Notes under the pieces: model-generated
Seen by the model: only the letters and a program-made list of their open reading frames with translations
What the model was told of the DNA's origin: nothing
Databases searched by the model: none
Position numbers and translations under genes: made by a program
Assembly: GCA_020346465.1 (NCBI GenBank)
Contig: CP070783.1
Span: 1,969,402-2,033,401, forward strand
DNA: 64,000 nt
Direction of reading: 5' to 3'
From: Deltaproteobacteria bacterium
Lineage (GTDB): Bacteria > Desulfobacterota > Deferrimicrobia > Deferrimicrobiales > Deferrimicrobiaceae
In this document: positions 31,740 to 40,854 of the stretch, one piece after another
Layout of the letters: every line of letters begins with the position of its first letter
Numbering within the stretch: position 1 is the stretch's first letter

Positions 31740-33017
31740 ATGTGGATCCCTCTGGCCTGGGCGCTCGCGGCGCTCCTGCTCGCCGCGGGCGGCGCCGCGG
31801 TGACGGCGCTGCGATCCTCCCTTCTCATCGTGGGGGAGGAGGGGCTGGCGGAGGATGCGTCCGCCGGGGAGGAGATCGCCGGCCTGCTGCTCGCCGCCAT
31901 CCGGGCGCCCGAGGTGCGGCACCCCTTCGCCCTCTATGCGGCCGGGCTGGCGTGCAAGTCGGCCGCGGCACTCTGCGCCGGCGCGGCGGCCTTCTCCCTC
32001 TTCGACCGCCTGCGGGGGTGGGCGGGGGCGGCGTCGACGGCCGGCTGGGTTCTTCTCTTCCTACTCCTCCTCTTTGCCCTCGAGAACCTCGCGACGCGGG
32101 GCGCGATGAGCCACCCCCGACGGATCCTTCGGCGGGGAGGAAGGGTCGGCCTGCGCGCGCTCAGGGGGGCCGCCGGTCCCGCGAGGCTGCTGGATCGCCT
32201 GGGGCGGTTCCTGTTCGGGGAGCGGTATGTTCCCGAAGCCCTCATGGACATCCGCTTCGGGTCGGAGGAGGGGATCCTCGATGTGATCGAGGAGGGGGCG
32301 GAGCACGGCACGATCGATCACGCGGAAGGGATGATGATCGAGGGGATCCTCCGGTTCGGGGAGACCGTGGTGAGCGAGGTGATGACCCCGTGGTCCGACG
32401 TCGTGTGCCTGCGGAAAGGGATGGCGCACGCGGACGCGGCGGCCATCGTCGGGGAGACCGGCTTCTCGCGGTTCCCCGTGCTGGGCCGCGGCGGACAGGA
32501 CATCGACGGGATCGTCGCCTCCCGGAGCTTCTTCCGGCCGGGGGCGGCCGAACAGTGGGAGCCGTTCATCGAGAAGCCGGTCTATGTCCCCGAATCGATG
32601 AAGGTGTCGGACCTGCTCCGGCAGTTCCAGCGGACGAGGGTCCACATGGCCGTCGTCATCGACGAGCACGGCAAGCTTTGCGGCGTCATCACGATCCACG
32701 ACCTTCTCGAGGAGATCGTGGGGAGGCTGGCGGAGGGTGCGGAACCCCCCGAGCTCCCGGAGTGGGAGAAAGACGGGGCGCTCTCGGTCCCCGCCGCGAC
32801 CCCGGTCCGGCTCCTCCGCGACGAGTACGGCATCGACATCCCCCTGGGGGACACCTACGAGACCGCGGGAGGGTTCGCGCTGGACTGCCTCCAGGGCGTT
32901 CCGGAAGGGGTGGTCACGTTCCTCGCCTACGGGTACCGGGTCACCGTCGCCGAAACCGAGCGGTTCCGGATCAAGCGTCTCCGGTTCGAGAAAACGGGCC
33001 CTACCGGAAATCCGTGA
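31740..33017 (+). CDS. CNNM/CorC-HlyC family protein (DUF21 TM domain + CBS pair + CorC_HlyC)
   Basis: N-terminal 4-TM domain, CBS pair (SEVMTPWSDVVCL; HMAVVIDEHGKLCGVITIHDLLEEIVG), C-terminal transporter-associated domain. Confidence 0.75.
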   Translation: MWIPLAWALAALLLAAGGAAVTALRSSLLIVGEEGLAEDASAGEEIAGLLLAAIRAPEVRHPFALYAAGLACKSAAALCAGAAAFSLFDRLRGWAGAASTAGWVLLFLLLLFALENLATRGAMSHPRRILRRGGRVGLRALRGAAGPARLLDRLGRFLFGERYVPEALMDIRFGSEEGILDVIEEGAEHGTIDHAEGMMIEGILRFGETVVSEVMTPWSDVVCLRKGMAHADAAAIVGETGFSRFPVLGRGGQDIDGIVASRSFFRPGAAEQWEPFIEKPVYVPESMKVSDLLRQFQRTRVHMAVVIDEHGKLCGVITIHDLLEEIVGRLAEGAEPPELPEWEKDGALSVPAATPVRLLRDEYGIDIPLGDTYETAGGFALDCLQGVPEGVVTFLAYGYRVTVAETERFRIKRLRFEKTGPTGNP

Positions 33018-33639
33018 TCTCCTCCGGCGGCCTCCGGGGCGGCTTCGGAGGGGGCGAGTCCGGGACCCCCAGGGCGATCACCGCGAGGAGTTCCTCGGGG
33101 GGACGGATGGAGAGGGCGGACTCGAGCTCCGGTTTGGCCACGAGCGGGCCGGTCATCCAGCACGTGCCGTAGCCCAGCGAGTACGCCGCCAGGAGAAACT
33201 GGGTGATGGCCGAGGCGACGCTCTGGAGGCCGGCGTTCACCTGGTAGCGGCGCATCCGGTGCCTCTCCGGGTCTTTCTCCCGCAGGTTGCGGTCCGTCGC
33301 CGATTCGTACGGTTTCCCGACCACGCAGACCGCGGCGGGCGCTGCGGCGAAGAGGTTGTGGTAGTTGATCTTGTCGGGGGGGACCTCTTTCCCCGTGATC
33401 CGGGAAAGAAGGTTGTCCACGATCCCCTTCATCCGGGCGAGAAGGGCGGGATCCTCCACGACGAGGAATCTTGCGTTCTGGGCGTTCCCCGCGGACGGCG
33501 CCCAGGTGGCCGCCTCGACCATCCGCAGGATCTTGTCGTGCGGCACCGGATCCTTCCGGAACCTCCGGATGCTTTGCCGCCCCTTCATGCTGTCGAAGAC
33601 GTCCATCCTGTCCGTCCCTCCTCGTGGAAATAGGTGCAA
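33001..33639 (-). CDS. nitroreductase-family protein
   Basis: RQSIRRF..PVP, APSAGNAQ and GYGTCWM nitroreductase signatures. Confidence 0.75.
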   Translation of the reverse strand: MHLFPRGGTDRMDVFDSMKGRQSIRRFRKDPVPHDKILRMVEAATWAPSAGNAQNARFLVVEDPALLARMKGIVDNLLSRITGKEVPPDKINYHNLFAAAPAAVCVVGKPYESATDRNLREKDPERHRMRRYQVNAGLQSVASAITQFLLAAYSLGYGTCWMTGPLVAKPELESALSIRPPEELLAVIALGVPDSPPPKPPRRPPEEITDFR

Positions 33640-33679
33640 TCCGCCCGCGCGGCCCCCGGCAGCCGGAGGCCCGTCCCGT

Positions 33680-34600
33680 TCAGGGGATGACGAGCAGCAG
33701 CTCGGTCTCCCGGTCCGTGCTTCCGGCGCTGGCCGACACCCGATCCCGGCTCACCGAGTGCTCCTTCGTCAGCAGGGCCAGGATCTCGTCGGTCTTCGAC
33801 TTCCCCTTTGCCGTGACGAGGATCGCCGCCGCGGGAAATTCCGACGCCGCTTTCCCCATCTCCCCGATCACTTTCTTTCCGGCATCCGTCAGGGTCGATT
33901 TCCCTTTCGAGAAGAGAACCGTGTCGGGCACGCGGACGCGCATGGCGGGGCCGACCGGCGACGCCGCGATCTCGGGGGAGATTCCGGAGAACGTTTCCGC
34001 GAGCTCCGCGAACCGGAGGTCCCTGCGTCTTCCCTCCAGGAGGCGATCCTCGCGGATGCGCTCGACGCGGCCGAGCAGGATGTCCCGCTCCCGCCGGAGG
34101 GATTCCATGTCGGGGGTTTCCGCAACCCGCTCTTCCAGCCCGGAGATGGCCGCCTCCTGGTCGGCGACGCTCTTCCTGAGAATTTCCCTTTCCCGATCGC
34201 ATGCCTGCGCCAGTTCGCTCAGCTCCTGGATCCTTTTGCCGGTCGCCTTCTCCTTTTCCAGGAGTTCCGAGATCAGCTCTTCCCGGGTGATCCGGGTACC
34301 CTCGAATTTTCTGCCGATCGAGGCGAGATCCTCCTTGGCCTTCCGGAGCTCCTTTTCCTGCTCCCCGGCCCGTGCGGAAAGGGCCGCGTTCGCCTCCGTC
34401 TCGTCGGCAAGCTGTTTCTGGGTCGCCGTATATTTCGCCTCGAGGATGGCGTGCTCCTTGTTGGTCACCGCCAGGGCATCCCGGAGCGAGTCGGCTTCTT
34501 TCGTCTTTGCGTCGTATTGGGAAGCGGTGACGAGGCATCCTCCCGTTCCCAGGGTGATCGCCAGAACGGGGACGACCAGCCAAAATCCCTTTGTCCGCAA
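33680..34600 (-). CDS. coiled-coil lipoprotein with OmpA-like C-terminal domain
   Basis: TTG start gives the signal MRTKGFWLVVPVLAITLGTGGC; about 200 aa of heptad-rich coiled coil; C-terminal TVLFSKGKSTLTDAGKKVIGEM... resembles OmpA/MotB peptidoglycan-binding domains. The alternative ATG at 34702 would give an implausibly long n-region. Confidence 0.55.
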   Translation of the reverse strand: MRTKGFWLVVPVLAITLGTGGCLVTASQYDAKTKEADSLRDALAVTNKEHAILEAKYTATQKQLADETEANAALSARAGEQEKELRKAKEDLASIGRKFEGTRITREELISELLEKEKATGKRIQELSELAQACDREREILRKSVADQEAAISGLEERVAETPDMESLRRERDILLGRVERIREDRLLEGRRRDLRFAELAETFSGISPEIAASPVGPAMRVRVPDTVLFSKGKSTLTDAGKKVIGEMGKAASEFPAAAILVTAKGKSKTDEILALLTKEHSVSRDRVSASAGSTDRETELLLVIP

Positions 34601-34727
34601 CCGTTTCCTCCGGATCTTTCCGTCTGTCCCAGGTATGAAACATTTTACTTTCCCACCCCTTTTTAATAAAGTTCTAAATAAACCGGTCTCCCCGAACATC
34701 CCGGGCGGTTGCGGAAAGGCGGGCGTC

Positions 34728-36398
34728 GTGCGTGGTTCCCAGACCGAACTCCTCGACACGTTCCTGAAGCTCGGGTTCCTCTCTCCCGAGGCGCTGAAGG
34801 CCCTGAAGGCGCGAGGGGCCGGGAAGGGAATCCCGGTGATGGAGGCGGCGATCGTCTCCGGCATCCTCCACGCCGACGCGAAAGGATGGGTCCTGGCGAA
34901 TACGTTGGGGATTCCGTTCCTCGAGGTGGATCCGGACGCCGTGCCGCTTTCCTTCTCCGAGATCCTCCCCGAGACGGTGGCGCGCGAGAACCTGGCGGTC
35001 CCCGTCTCCCGGGAGGAGGGGCGTCTTACCCTCGCGGTCGTCGACCCGTTCCGGAACGACGCGTTCTCCCGGATCGAGGAAATGACCGGCCTGGGCGTCA
35101 CGCTCGTCGTCTGTCCCGTCCGCACGATCACGCGCATCCTCGAACGCTTCTACCCCGATCCCCTTTCGCTTTCCCCCGGGGAGGCGATGGCCGGCGCGAT
35201 CGGCCCTGACGAGGCACGGGAGTGGATTGCCCGCGGCCGTGGCCGGAGGCTGGCGGAAAACGTTCTTCTCCACGCGGCGAAGGCCGGAATCGGCACCGTC
35301 CGGATCTACCCCTCCGGCCGGAGCGTGGCGGTCTCCGGGGACTCGGGGAGAGGGAAATCGCTCCTGCTCTCCTTCCCCCTCCGTTTCCGGGGGGCCCTCG
35401 TGGACGCCTTCGCGGAGCTGGCGGGACTTCCCGCGGGCCGCGCACCGGTGGAGGAGTCCATCGTCCAGCTGGAGACGGCGACCGGCATCCGCGCCTTCCG
35501 GATCAGCATTCTCCGCGGCCTCTCCGGAGAGGAGGCGGTCGTGAAGGTTCTCCCGGACCTGAAGTCGGTCATCGCCCTGGACTCGATCGGGTTCCACCCG
35601 GACCAGACGGAAGTCACCCGGCGTCTCCTTTCGTCGGCGGACGGCCTCTGCCTCGTCTCCTCCCCGGGGGAGGGGGGCGTGGCGACGACGATCTTCGCGA
35701 TGCTCCGGGAGGCGCACTTGCCGGGCAGGCGCGTCGTCACCGTCGAGGAGACCCACCGGTTCCGCAACGACGGGTACATCCAGCTGGAGCGCCGGGAGGT
35801 CGAGAATCGGTTCGGGGGGACATGGGGGCGGCTTGCCGAGACGCTCGAGCCGGATGCGCTGGCGATCGAGCGCGTGGCTGGCCGGGAAGAGCTTCTCGAT
35901 CTGGTCCACATCGCAAGGAGAGGGATCCCCGTGTTCTGCGGGATGCAGGGAATCGACCTCCGCCGGACGCTTTTGACCCTGTTCTCCCTGGAGGTCGACC
36001 CGTTCCTTCTCGCGCGGGTCGTCCGGCTTGTCATGCACCAGCGGCTCGTCGATCTTCTCTGTTCCGATTGCCGGAGGGCGGTTCCGGCCGTGCCGCCCCT
36101 GCGGCTTGCGGGGGAGCGCCACCGGGAACGTCTGGAAACGCTGGTTCGGGAGGTCTCCTTCCACGTCCCCGGCGGGTGCCCCCGGTGCCAGGGCGCGGGG
36201 TATTCGGGGAAAATGGCCCTGTTCGATCTGCTCCCCTTCACCCCCGGCGTCCAGAACACCTTGCTGTCCGGCGCCTCCCTCGAGGAGAGGATGGAGCGGA
36301 TCCTCGGGGAGAATCTCCTGTCCGCCTTCCCCTCGGCGGAAGACCTTCTGCGGAGGGGGATGGTGACGTTCGACGATGTTCTGCCGTTTTTCCAATAG
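34728..36398 (+). CDS. GspE/PilB-like protein with degenerate ATPase core (pseudo-ATPase) and intact N1 domain and Zn finger
   Basis: N-terminal T2SSE_N-like region (LGFLSPEALKALKA...GIPFLEVDP); Walker A position reads SPGEGGVATT instead of GPTGSGKTT (Lys lost); Asp box VEETHR; Walker B DALAIERVAG; His box GMQGID; tetracysteine CSDC...CPRC...GYSGKMALFDLL is retained. GTG 34728 with GGAAAGG RBS preferred over ATG 34635, which lies inside the AT-rich island. Confidence 0.75.
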   Translation: MRGSQTELLDTFLKLGFLSPEALKALKARGAGKGIPVMEAAIVSGILHADAKGWVLANTLGIPFLEVDPDAVPLSFSEILPETVARENLAVPVSREEGRLTLAVVDPFRNDAFSRIEEMTGLGVTLVVCPVRTITRILERFYPDPLSLSPGEAMAGAIGPDEAREWIARGRGRRLAENVLLHAAKAGIGTVRIYPSGRSVAVSGDSGRGKSLLLSFPLRFRGALVDAFAELAGLPAGRAPVEESIVQLETATGIRAFRISILRGLSGEEAVVKVLPDLKSVIALDSIGFHPDQTEVTRRLLSSADGLCLVSSPGEGGVATTIFAMLREAHLPGRRVVTVEETHRFRNDGYIQLERREVENRFGGTWGRLAETLEPDALAIERVAGREELLDLVHIARRGIPVFCGMQGIDLRRTLLTLFSLEVDPFLLARVVRLVMHQRLVDLLCSDCRRAVPAVPPLRLAGERHRERLETLVREVSFHVPGGCPRCQGAGYSGKMALFDLLPFTPGVQNTLLSGASLEERMERILGENLLSAFPSAEDLLRRGMVTFDDVLPFFQ

Positions 36399-36428
36399 GG
36401 AGAGGGGTTCCCGGAGGGATCCCCGGAG

Positions 36429-38228
36429 GTGGCAATGAAAGAACGAACGCTGAACCGGATGTTCCTGAACCGGATCGAGGAGGGGGGCGACTCCGTCCGG
36501 TACCTCGTCCCGCGCGACGGGAAGTGGGATCCGATGACGTACCGGGAGGTCGGAAGCGCTGTCCGGGAGATGGCGAACGGGATGATGGCGCTCGGCCTCT
36601 CCCGGGGGGACAAGGTGGCGATCCTCTCCTCCACGCGCGTGGAGTGGTGCCTGGCCGACATCGCCATCATCCTCGGAGGATTCATCCCGGTTCCGATCTA
36701 CCCCTCCAACCTCCCCGATCAGGTCGAATACATCCTGGCCCACTCGCAGGCCCGCGTCGTCTTCGTCGAGGACGAGATCCAGTGGAACAAGGTCGCCGGG
36801 GTCTGGAAGAACCTCCCCGACCTGACCGCTGCGGTCCTGTTCTCCGGCCCGCCGGAAGGCAAGGAGAGGACGGTCGATCTTCCCGCTCTTCGCTCGCGGG
36901 GGATCGCACACGAGGCAGCCGACCCGGAGGCGCTTTCCCGCAGGACGGAGGAGATTCGGCCCGAGGACGACCTGACACTCATCTACACCTCCGGGACCAC
37001 CGGGCCCCCGAAGGGGGTGGTGACCCGGCACGGCAACTACGTCTTCATCGTCACCTCCGCTCTCCAGGCCTGCACGGTTATGCGGGGCGAAACCTTTCTC
37101 CAGTTCCTTCCCCTGGCGCATTCGCTGGGCAGGCTCGAGCATTTCCTCACGTTCGACGCCATGGCGGTCTCCGCCTTCGCCCGGGACATCCAGACGGTAG
37201 GCGAAGACCTGGCGCTGGTGCGTCCCGAGATCATGGTGAGCGTCCCCCGGCTCTACGAGAAGTTCTATGCCCGGGTGCTCGCCAAGGTGGAGGAGGACGG
37301 GGGATCGAAGAAGGCGATCTTCGACTGGGCGATCGGCGTCGGACGCGAGGTCTCCCGCCGCCTTCAGCGGAAGGAGAAGGCCGGCGGCCTCCTCGCCCTC
37401 AAGGCCGCGATCGCGGAGCGGCTCGTATTCCGGAAAATCCGGGAACGGATGGGGGGAAGGTTCCGGTTTGCCATCTCCGGGGGCGCGCCCCTCTCCTCGG
37501 AGATCGCGGAGTTCCTCCATGCACTGGGCGTCCTGATCCTCGAGGGGTACGGGCTGACGGAAGACTCCACCGTGACCGCGGTCAACCGCTACGACGACTA
37601 CAAGTTCGGGACGGTCGGAAAGGCCCTGCCGGGGACCGAGATCCGGATCGCCCCGGACGGGGAGATTCTCGTCCGCGGGCCCCACGTGTTCAAGGAGTAC
37701 TTCCGGGAGCCGGAGGCGACGCGGGAGGCGGTCGACGCGGAAGGGTGGCTGCACACCGGCGATATCGGGGAAATGGACTCTGCCGGGTTCCTCCGCATCA
37801 CGGACCGGAAGAAAGACATCATCGTGACGTCGGGGGGGAAGAACATCGCTCCCCAGAACGTGGAGAACCTGCTGAAGAACGACCGGTTCGTGAGCCAGGC
37901 GTTCGTCTACGGCGACCGGCGGAAGTACCTCACCGCTCTCCTGACCCTGGCGCCCGAGGAGATCGTGAAGTGGGCGGAGCAGAACGGCATCCCGGACAGG
38001 GATCCGGCCCTTCTCGCCGTCAACCCCGCGGTGGAGTCGATGATGCGCGCCCGCGTCGAGGAGATCAACCGCCAGCTGGCCTCCTTCGAGCAGGTGAAGA
38101 AGTTCGTCCTGCTCGGCACCGACTTCTCCCAGGAGACGGGGGAGCTCACCCCCACCCTCAAGGTGAAGCGCAAGGTGGTCATCAAGAAATACGGGCACCT
38201 GCTCGACTCCCTCTATGGGAAAGAATGA
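36429..38228 (+). CDS. long-chain fatty-acid--CoA ligase (AMP-dependent synthetase)
   Basis: AMP-binding motif IYTSGTTGPPKGV, GYGLTE, and the TGDIGEMD...DRKKD motif. Confidence 0.85.
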   Translation: MAMKERTLNRMFLNRIEEGGDSVRYLVPRDGKWDPMTYREVGSAVREMANGMMALGLSRGDKVAILSSTRVEWCLADIAIILGGFIPVPIYPSNLPDQVEYILAHSQARVVFVEDEIQWNKVAGVWKNLPDLTAAVLFSGPPEGKERTVDLPALRSRGIAHEAADPEALSRRTEEIRPEDDLTLIYTSGTTGPPKGVVTRHGNYVFIVTSALQACTVMRGETFLQFLPLAHSLGRLEHFLTFDAMAVSAFARDIQTVGEDLALVRPEIMVSVPRLYEKFYARVLAKVEEDGGSKKAIFDWAIGVGREVSRRLQRKEKAGGLLALKAAIAERLVFRKIRERMGGRFRFAISGGAPLSSEIAEFLHALGVLILEGYGLTEDSTVTAVNRYDDYKFGTVGKALPGTEIRIAPDGEILVRGPHVFKEYFREPEATREAVDAEGWLHTGDIGEMDSAGFLRITDRKKDIIVTSGGKNIAPQNVENLLKNDRFVSQAFVYGDRRKYLTALLTLAPEEIVKWAEQNGIPDRDPALLAVNPAVESMMRARVEEINRQLASFEQVKKFVLLGTDFSQETGELTPTLKVKRKVVIKKYGHLLDSLYGKE

Positions 38229-39022
38229 CGGTTCCGTTGCCCACCTCGGTTTACGAAATCAACAGCATGCCGGAACGGGAGAGGGAATCGCTCCTCTCCG
38301 TTCTCATCCCGCGGCGCTTCCTGGAGATGTTTGCGATCGACCCGGAGACGTTCCGGAACGACGAAGGAGTCCGGTGCGTCCGGTTCGTCTGCCCCGAGAA
38401 GATGCCTTTTTTCCAGGTCGAGCTGCGCCGCGATCCGGGCGACCGGGACGCGGCGTATTTCCTCGACGTCTCCTCCACGGCGTTCGGACAGATGGAGATC
38501 TCCTTCGTCATCGTGAACGACCCCGACGGCGACCGGTTCGACATCGACGTGGATGAGCACGGGCAGGACACCTATTTCGGGATGGCGCGCCGGAACATCG
38601 CCGAGGAGATCCGGGCGATGAAGGCGGGGCTGGCGCCCGGGCAGGTCCGGCGCGGCATGAAGGCGATGAAGGAGATCGTCGCGGGCTGGGAGGCGTTCTT
38701 CGGGCGCCTCGGGCACCGCTTCTTCTTCCTGGAGCCGCTGACGTACAACAGCGCGGTCCTGTACGAGCGATCCGGGTTCCAGTACCTGCACGGAGGCGAG
38801 GAGATGCGGGAGATCGACCGGGGGTTCCGCCCGGGCGGGGCCCTCCTTCCCAGGCTCGACGGAAGCACGCCGTTCCGGATGCCCGGGCAGGAGAAGACGG
38901 TGAGGGGGAGGAGCTGGGCGATCCACGACGGGATCCTGGACAGGCCGTGGGAGAGCCCGAAGATGGTCAAGACGATCGGGGTCCACGCGGGGGTGTATAC
39001 TTTCACGGGGGAGGGGTATTGA
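38225..39022 (+). CDS. hypothetical protein (possible GNAT-like fold), translationally coupled to the acyl-CoA ligase
   Basis: ATG overlaps the ligase stop (ATGA); 265 aa; C-terminal HRFFFLEPLTYNSAVLYERSGFQY loosely resembles acyltransferase folds; no confident family. Confidence 0.5.
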   Translation: MTVPLPTSVYEINSMPERERESLLSVLIPRRFLEMFAIDPETFRNDEGVRCVRFVCPEKMPFFQVELRRDPGDRDAAYFLDVSSTAFGQMEISFVIVNDPDGDRFDIDVDEHGQDTYFGMARRNIAEEIRAMKAGLAPGQVRRGMKAMKEIVAGWEAFFGRLGHRFFFLEPLTYNSAVLYERSGFQYLHGGEEMREIDRGFRPGGALLPRLDGSTPFRMPGQEKTVRGRSWAIHDGILDRPWESPKMVKTIGVHAGVYTFTGEGY

Positions 39023-40836
39023 TGGTCCGGTTCGCGGCAGTCGTCCTGGCGCTTCTCCTGGCGGCCTCCGGCTCCCGGGGGGACGAGGGGGAGCGCCCCA
39101 GGATCTTCCTCGAGAAGAAGATCTTCTCGGAGACCTCGACGGGGCGGAAGAGCTTCTACGAGGTGCACACGGTGTCGAAGGGGGAGAGCCTCTGGAAGAT
39201 CCTGAGCAGGAAGTCCGCGCTCTTCCCGGAGGATTATCCCTCCCTGCTCCGGGAGTTCCGCCGGGCCAACCCGGACGTGAAGGATCCGGGAAAACTCTTT
39301 CCCGGCAGGAAGATCCTGGTCCCGACCGGCATCGGCATGAAAACAACCCGGCTGGTGGAGACGGGCAAGGCGGTCGCCTACCGGATCCGGAAGGGGGAGA
39401 CCCTGTCGGGGATCCTGACCTCCCGGGGAGTCGGGCGCGAGGATCTTGCCCGCTACATGGACGCCGCAAAGGAGCTGAACGACTCCGTTCGCGACGTGCA
39501 CAGGATCTACGCCGGGAAGACCATCCTCGTTCCCACCGGGACGTACTTCGAAAAGGCCGGGGAGATGCCGGTGCCGGAGCCTTCCGCGGTTGCGCTGACG
39601 CGGGATGTACCGCCGCAGCCCGAAGGGGAAGCTCTCCCGGCGGCGAAACCGGAGTCCCAGGTGGCGGTTTCCGCCGCGCCGCCGCCGGAATCGGCCGCCG
39701 TGTTGACGGGACAGAAGACGGAAGAGCCGGCGCTTCCTCCGCTTCCCCGGCCGAAGTCCGCCTACCGCGGCCTGCTGTCGGACCTGGTCGGCGGACTGGG
39801 GGAGAAGTGGGTGGACCGCGGGACGCTCTACCTTCCGATCCCCTCGGGCGGAGAGGTCGTCCTCAATCTCGAGGAGTACCCCGTCGTGCGGTTCTCCGGG
39901 GGGATCCATGCGCTGATCGACTTCCAGGGCGCCCTGCCGGAAGAAGTGCGCCGGGTGATCACGGAGACATGGAAGAATTACCGCGTGGTCCCGATGGACG
40001 GAGCGCAAGGCGCGCTGGACATGATCGGCCGGCTTCTCGGCGCCTCCGGGTACTATTCCGTCAAGGAAGGGTTTGCCCACCCGCCGGTCATCGGCGAGGA
40101 ACTGTCGGTGACCCTCCCCGCCCGGTGGGTCGTCCTCCGGACGAGCCAGAGTCTGCTCAACGGGGAGATCATCCTCGTCAAGGAGGTTCCGGAGAAGCCC
40201 GGGCGGGACCTCTCCGCGGTCCTGCGATTCGCCGAACGGGTCGGGATGCGGGTGCTGCCGTTTGCCCATGACCCCGCCGCCTACGAAGGGTTTCTCGTTG
40301 GGCTCGACCCCGTGGAGGGCGGGGGGGAGGAGGGGACCGGAACCGTCCTGCCGCAGGGAGGCCTCGAGGCGCTGGATTTCTCCCTCGCGCTGCTGGGCAT
40401 TCCGACGCTGGACGAGAAGGGGATCCAGATCGGCGGCGGCGGGGGATCCTTTCTCCTGACGGTCCAGCCGGAGAGGATGTTCGAGGCGGGGGGGAAGCGG
40501 TTCGTGGTGGACACCGGGGGGATGTCCCCCGCAGTCCGGGACATCATCCGGACCTCGGGGTACCGCGTGTTCCGCCTGGACAAGGGCGAGTCCGGACGGT
40601 CGATTTTCGAGAGAGTCCTGGCCGATTCCGGCATCCCCTTCGAGGCGAGGAAGGGGTACCTCCTCGCCGGGGGGAAGGAGGAGGGCTTCGAGGTGCGCGC
40701 GACAGGGACGTTTCTCACCTCCCGCGACTGGCTCGAGGCCAGGAAGGTCCGGGAGGCGGTTCTCGTCCGGGAGAAGGTGCACACCGCCACGAGGGCCCTG
40801 ATGAGAGAAATCGGTGTGGAAATCGTGGGGCGGTAG
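39022..40836 (+). CDS. secreted protein with two N-terminal LysM domains and a large uncharacterised C-terminal domain
   Basis: Signal peptide MVRFAAVVLALLLAASGS; LysM repeats (YEVHTVSKGESLWKIL...ILVP; AYRIRKGETLSGIL...ILVP); ATG overlaps the upstream stop (TGATG). Confidence 0.7.
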   Translation: MVRFAAVVLALLLAASGSRGDEGERPRIFLEKKIFSETSTGRKSFYEVHTVSKGESLWKILSRKSALFPEDYPSLLREFRRANPDVKDPGKLFPGRKILVPTGIGMKTTRLVETGKAVAYRIRKGETLSGILTSRGVGREDLARYMDAAKELNDSVRDVHRIYAGKTILVPTGTYFEKAGEMPVPEPSAVALTRDVPPQPEGEALPAAKPESQVAVSAAPPPESAAVLTGQKTEEPALPPLPRPKSAYRGLLSDLVGGLGEKWVDRGTLYLPIPSGGEVVLNLEEYPVVRFSGGIHALIDFQGALPEEVRRVITETWKNYRVVPMDGAQGALDMIGRLLGASGYYSVKEGFAHPPVIGEELSVTLPARWVVLRTSQSLLNGEIILVKEVPEKPGRDLSAVLRFAERVGMRVLPFAHDPAAYEGFLVGLDPVEGGGEEGTGTVLPQGGLEALDFSLALLGIPTLDEKGIQIGGGGGSFLLTVQPERMFEAGGKRFVVDTGGMSPAVRDIIRTSGYRVFRLDKGESGRSIFERVLADSGIPFEARKGYLLAGGKEEGFEVRATGTFLTSRDWLEARKVREAVLVREKVHTATRALMREIGVEIVGR

Positions 40837-40854
40837 CCGTACGATGGAAATGGG

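Noticed and set aside
33471-39022. Very long ORFs 33471..36398 (+), 35222..39022 (+), 34674..38198 (-) and 33585..34643 (-)
   Set aside because: GC-rich frames lacking stops. The real genes (OmpA-like, GspE-like, acyl-CoA ligase, hypothetical) are defined by conserved motifs and RBS-supported internal starts; the alternative frames give low-complexity Arg/Pro/Gly-rich translations
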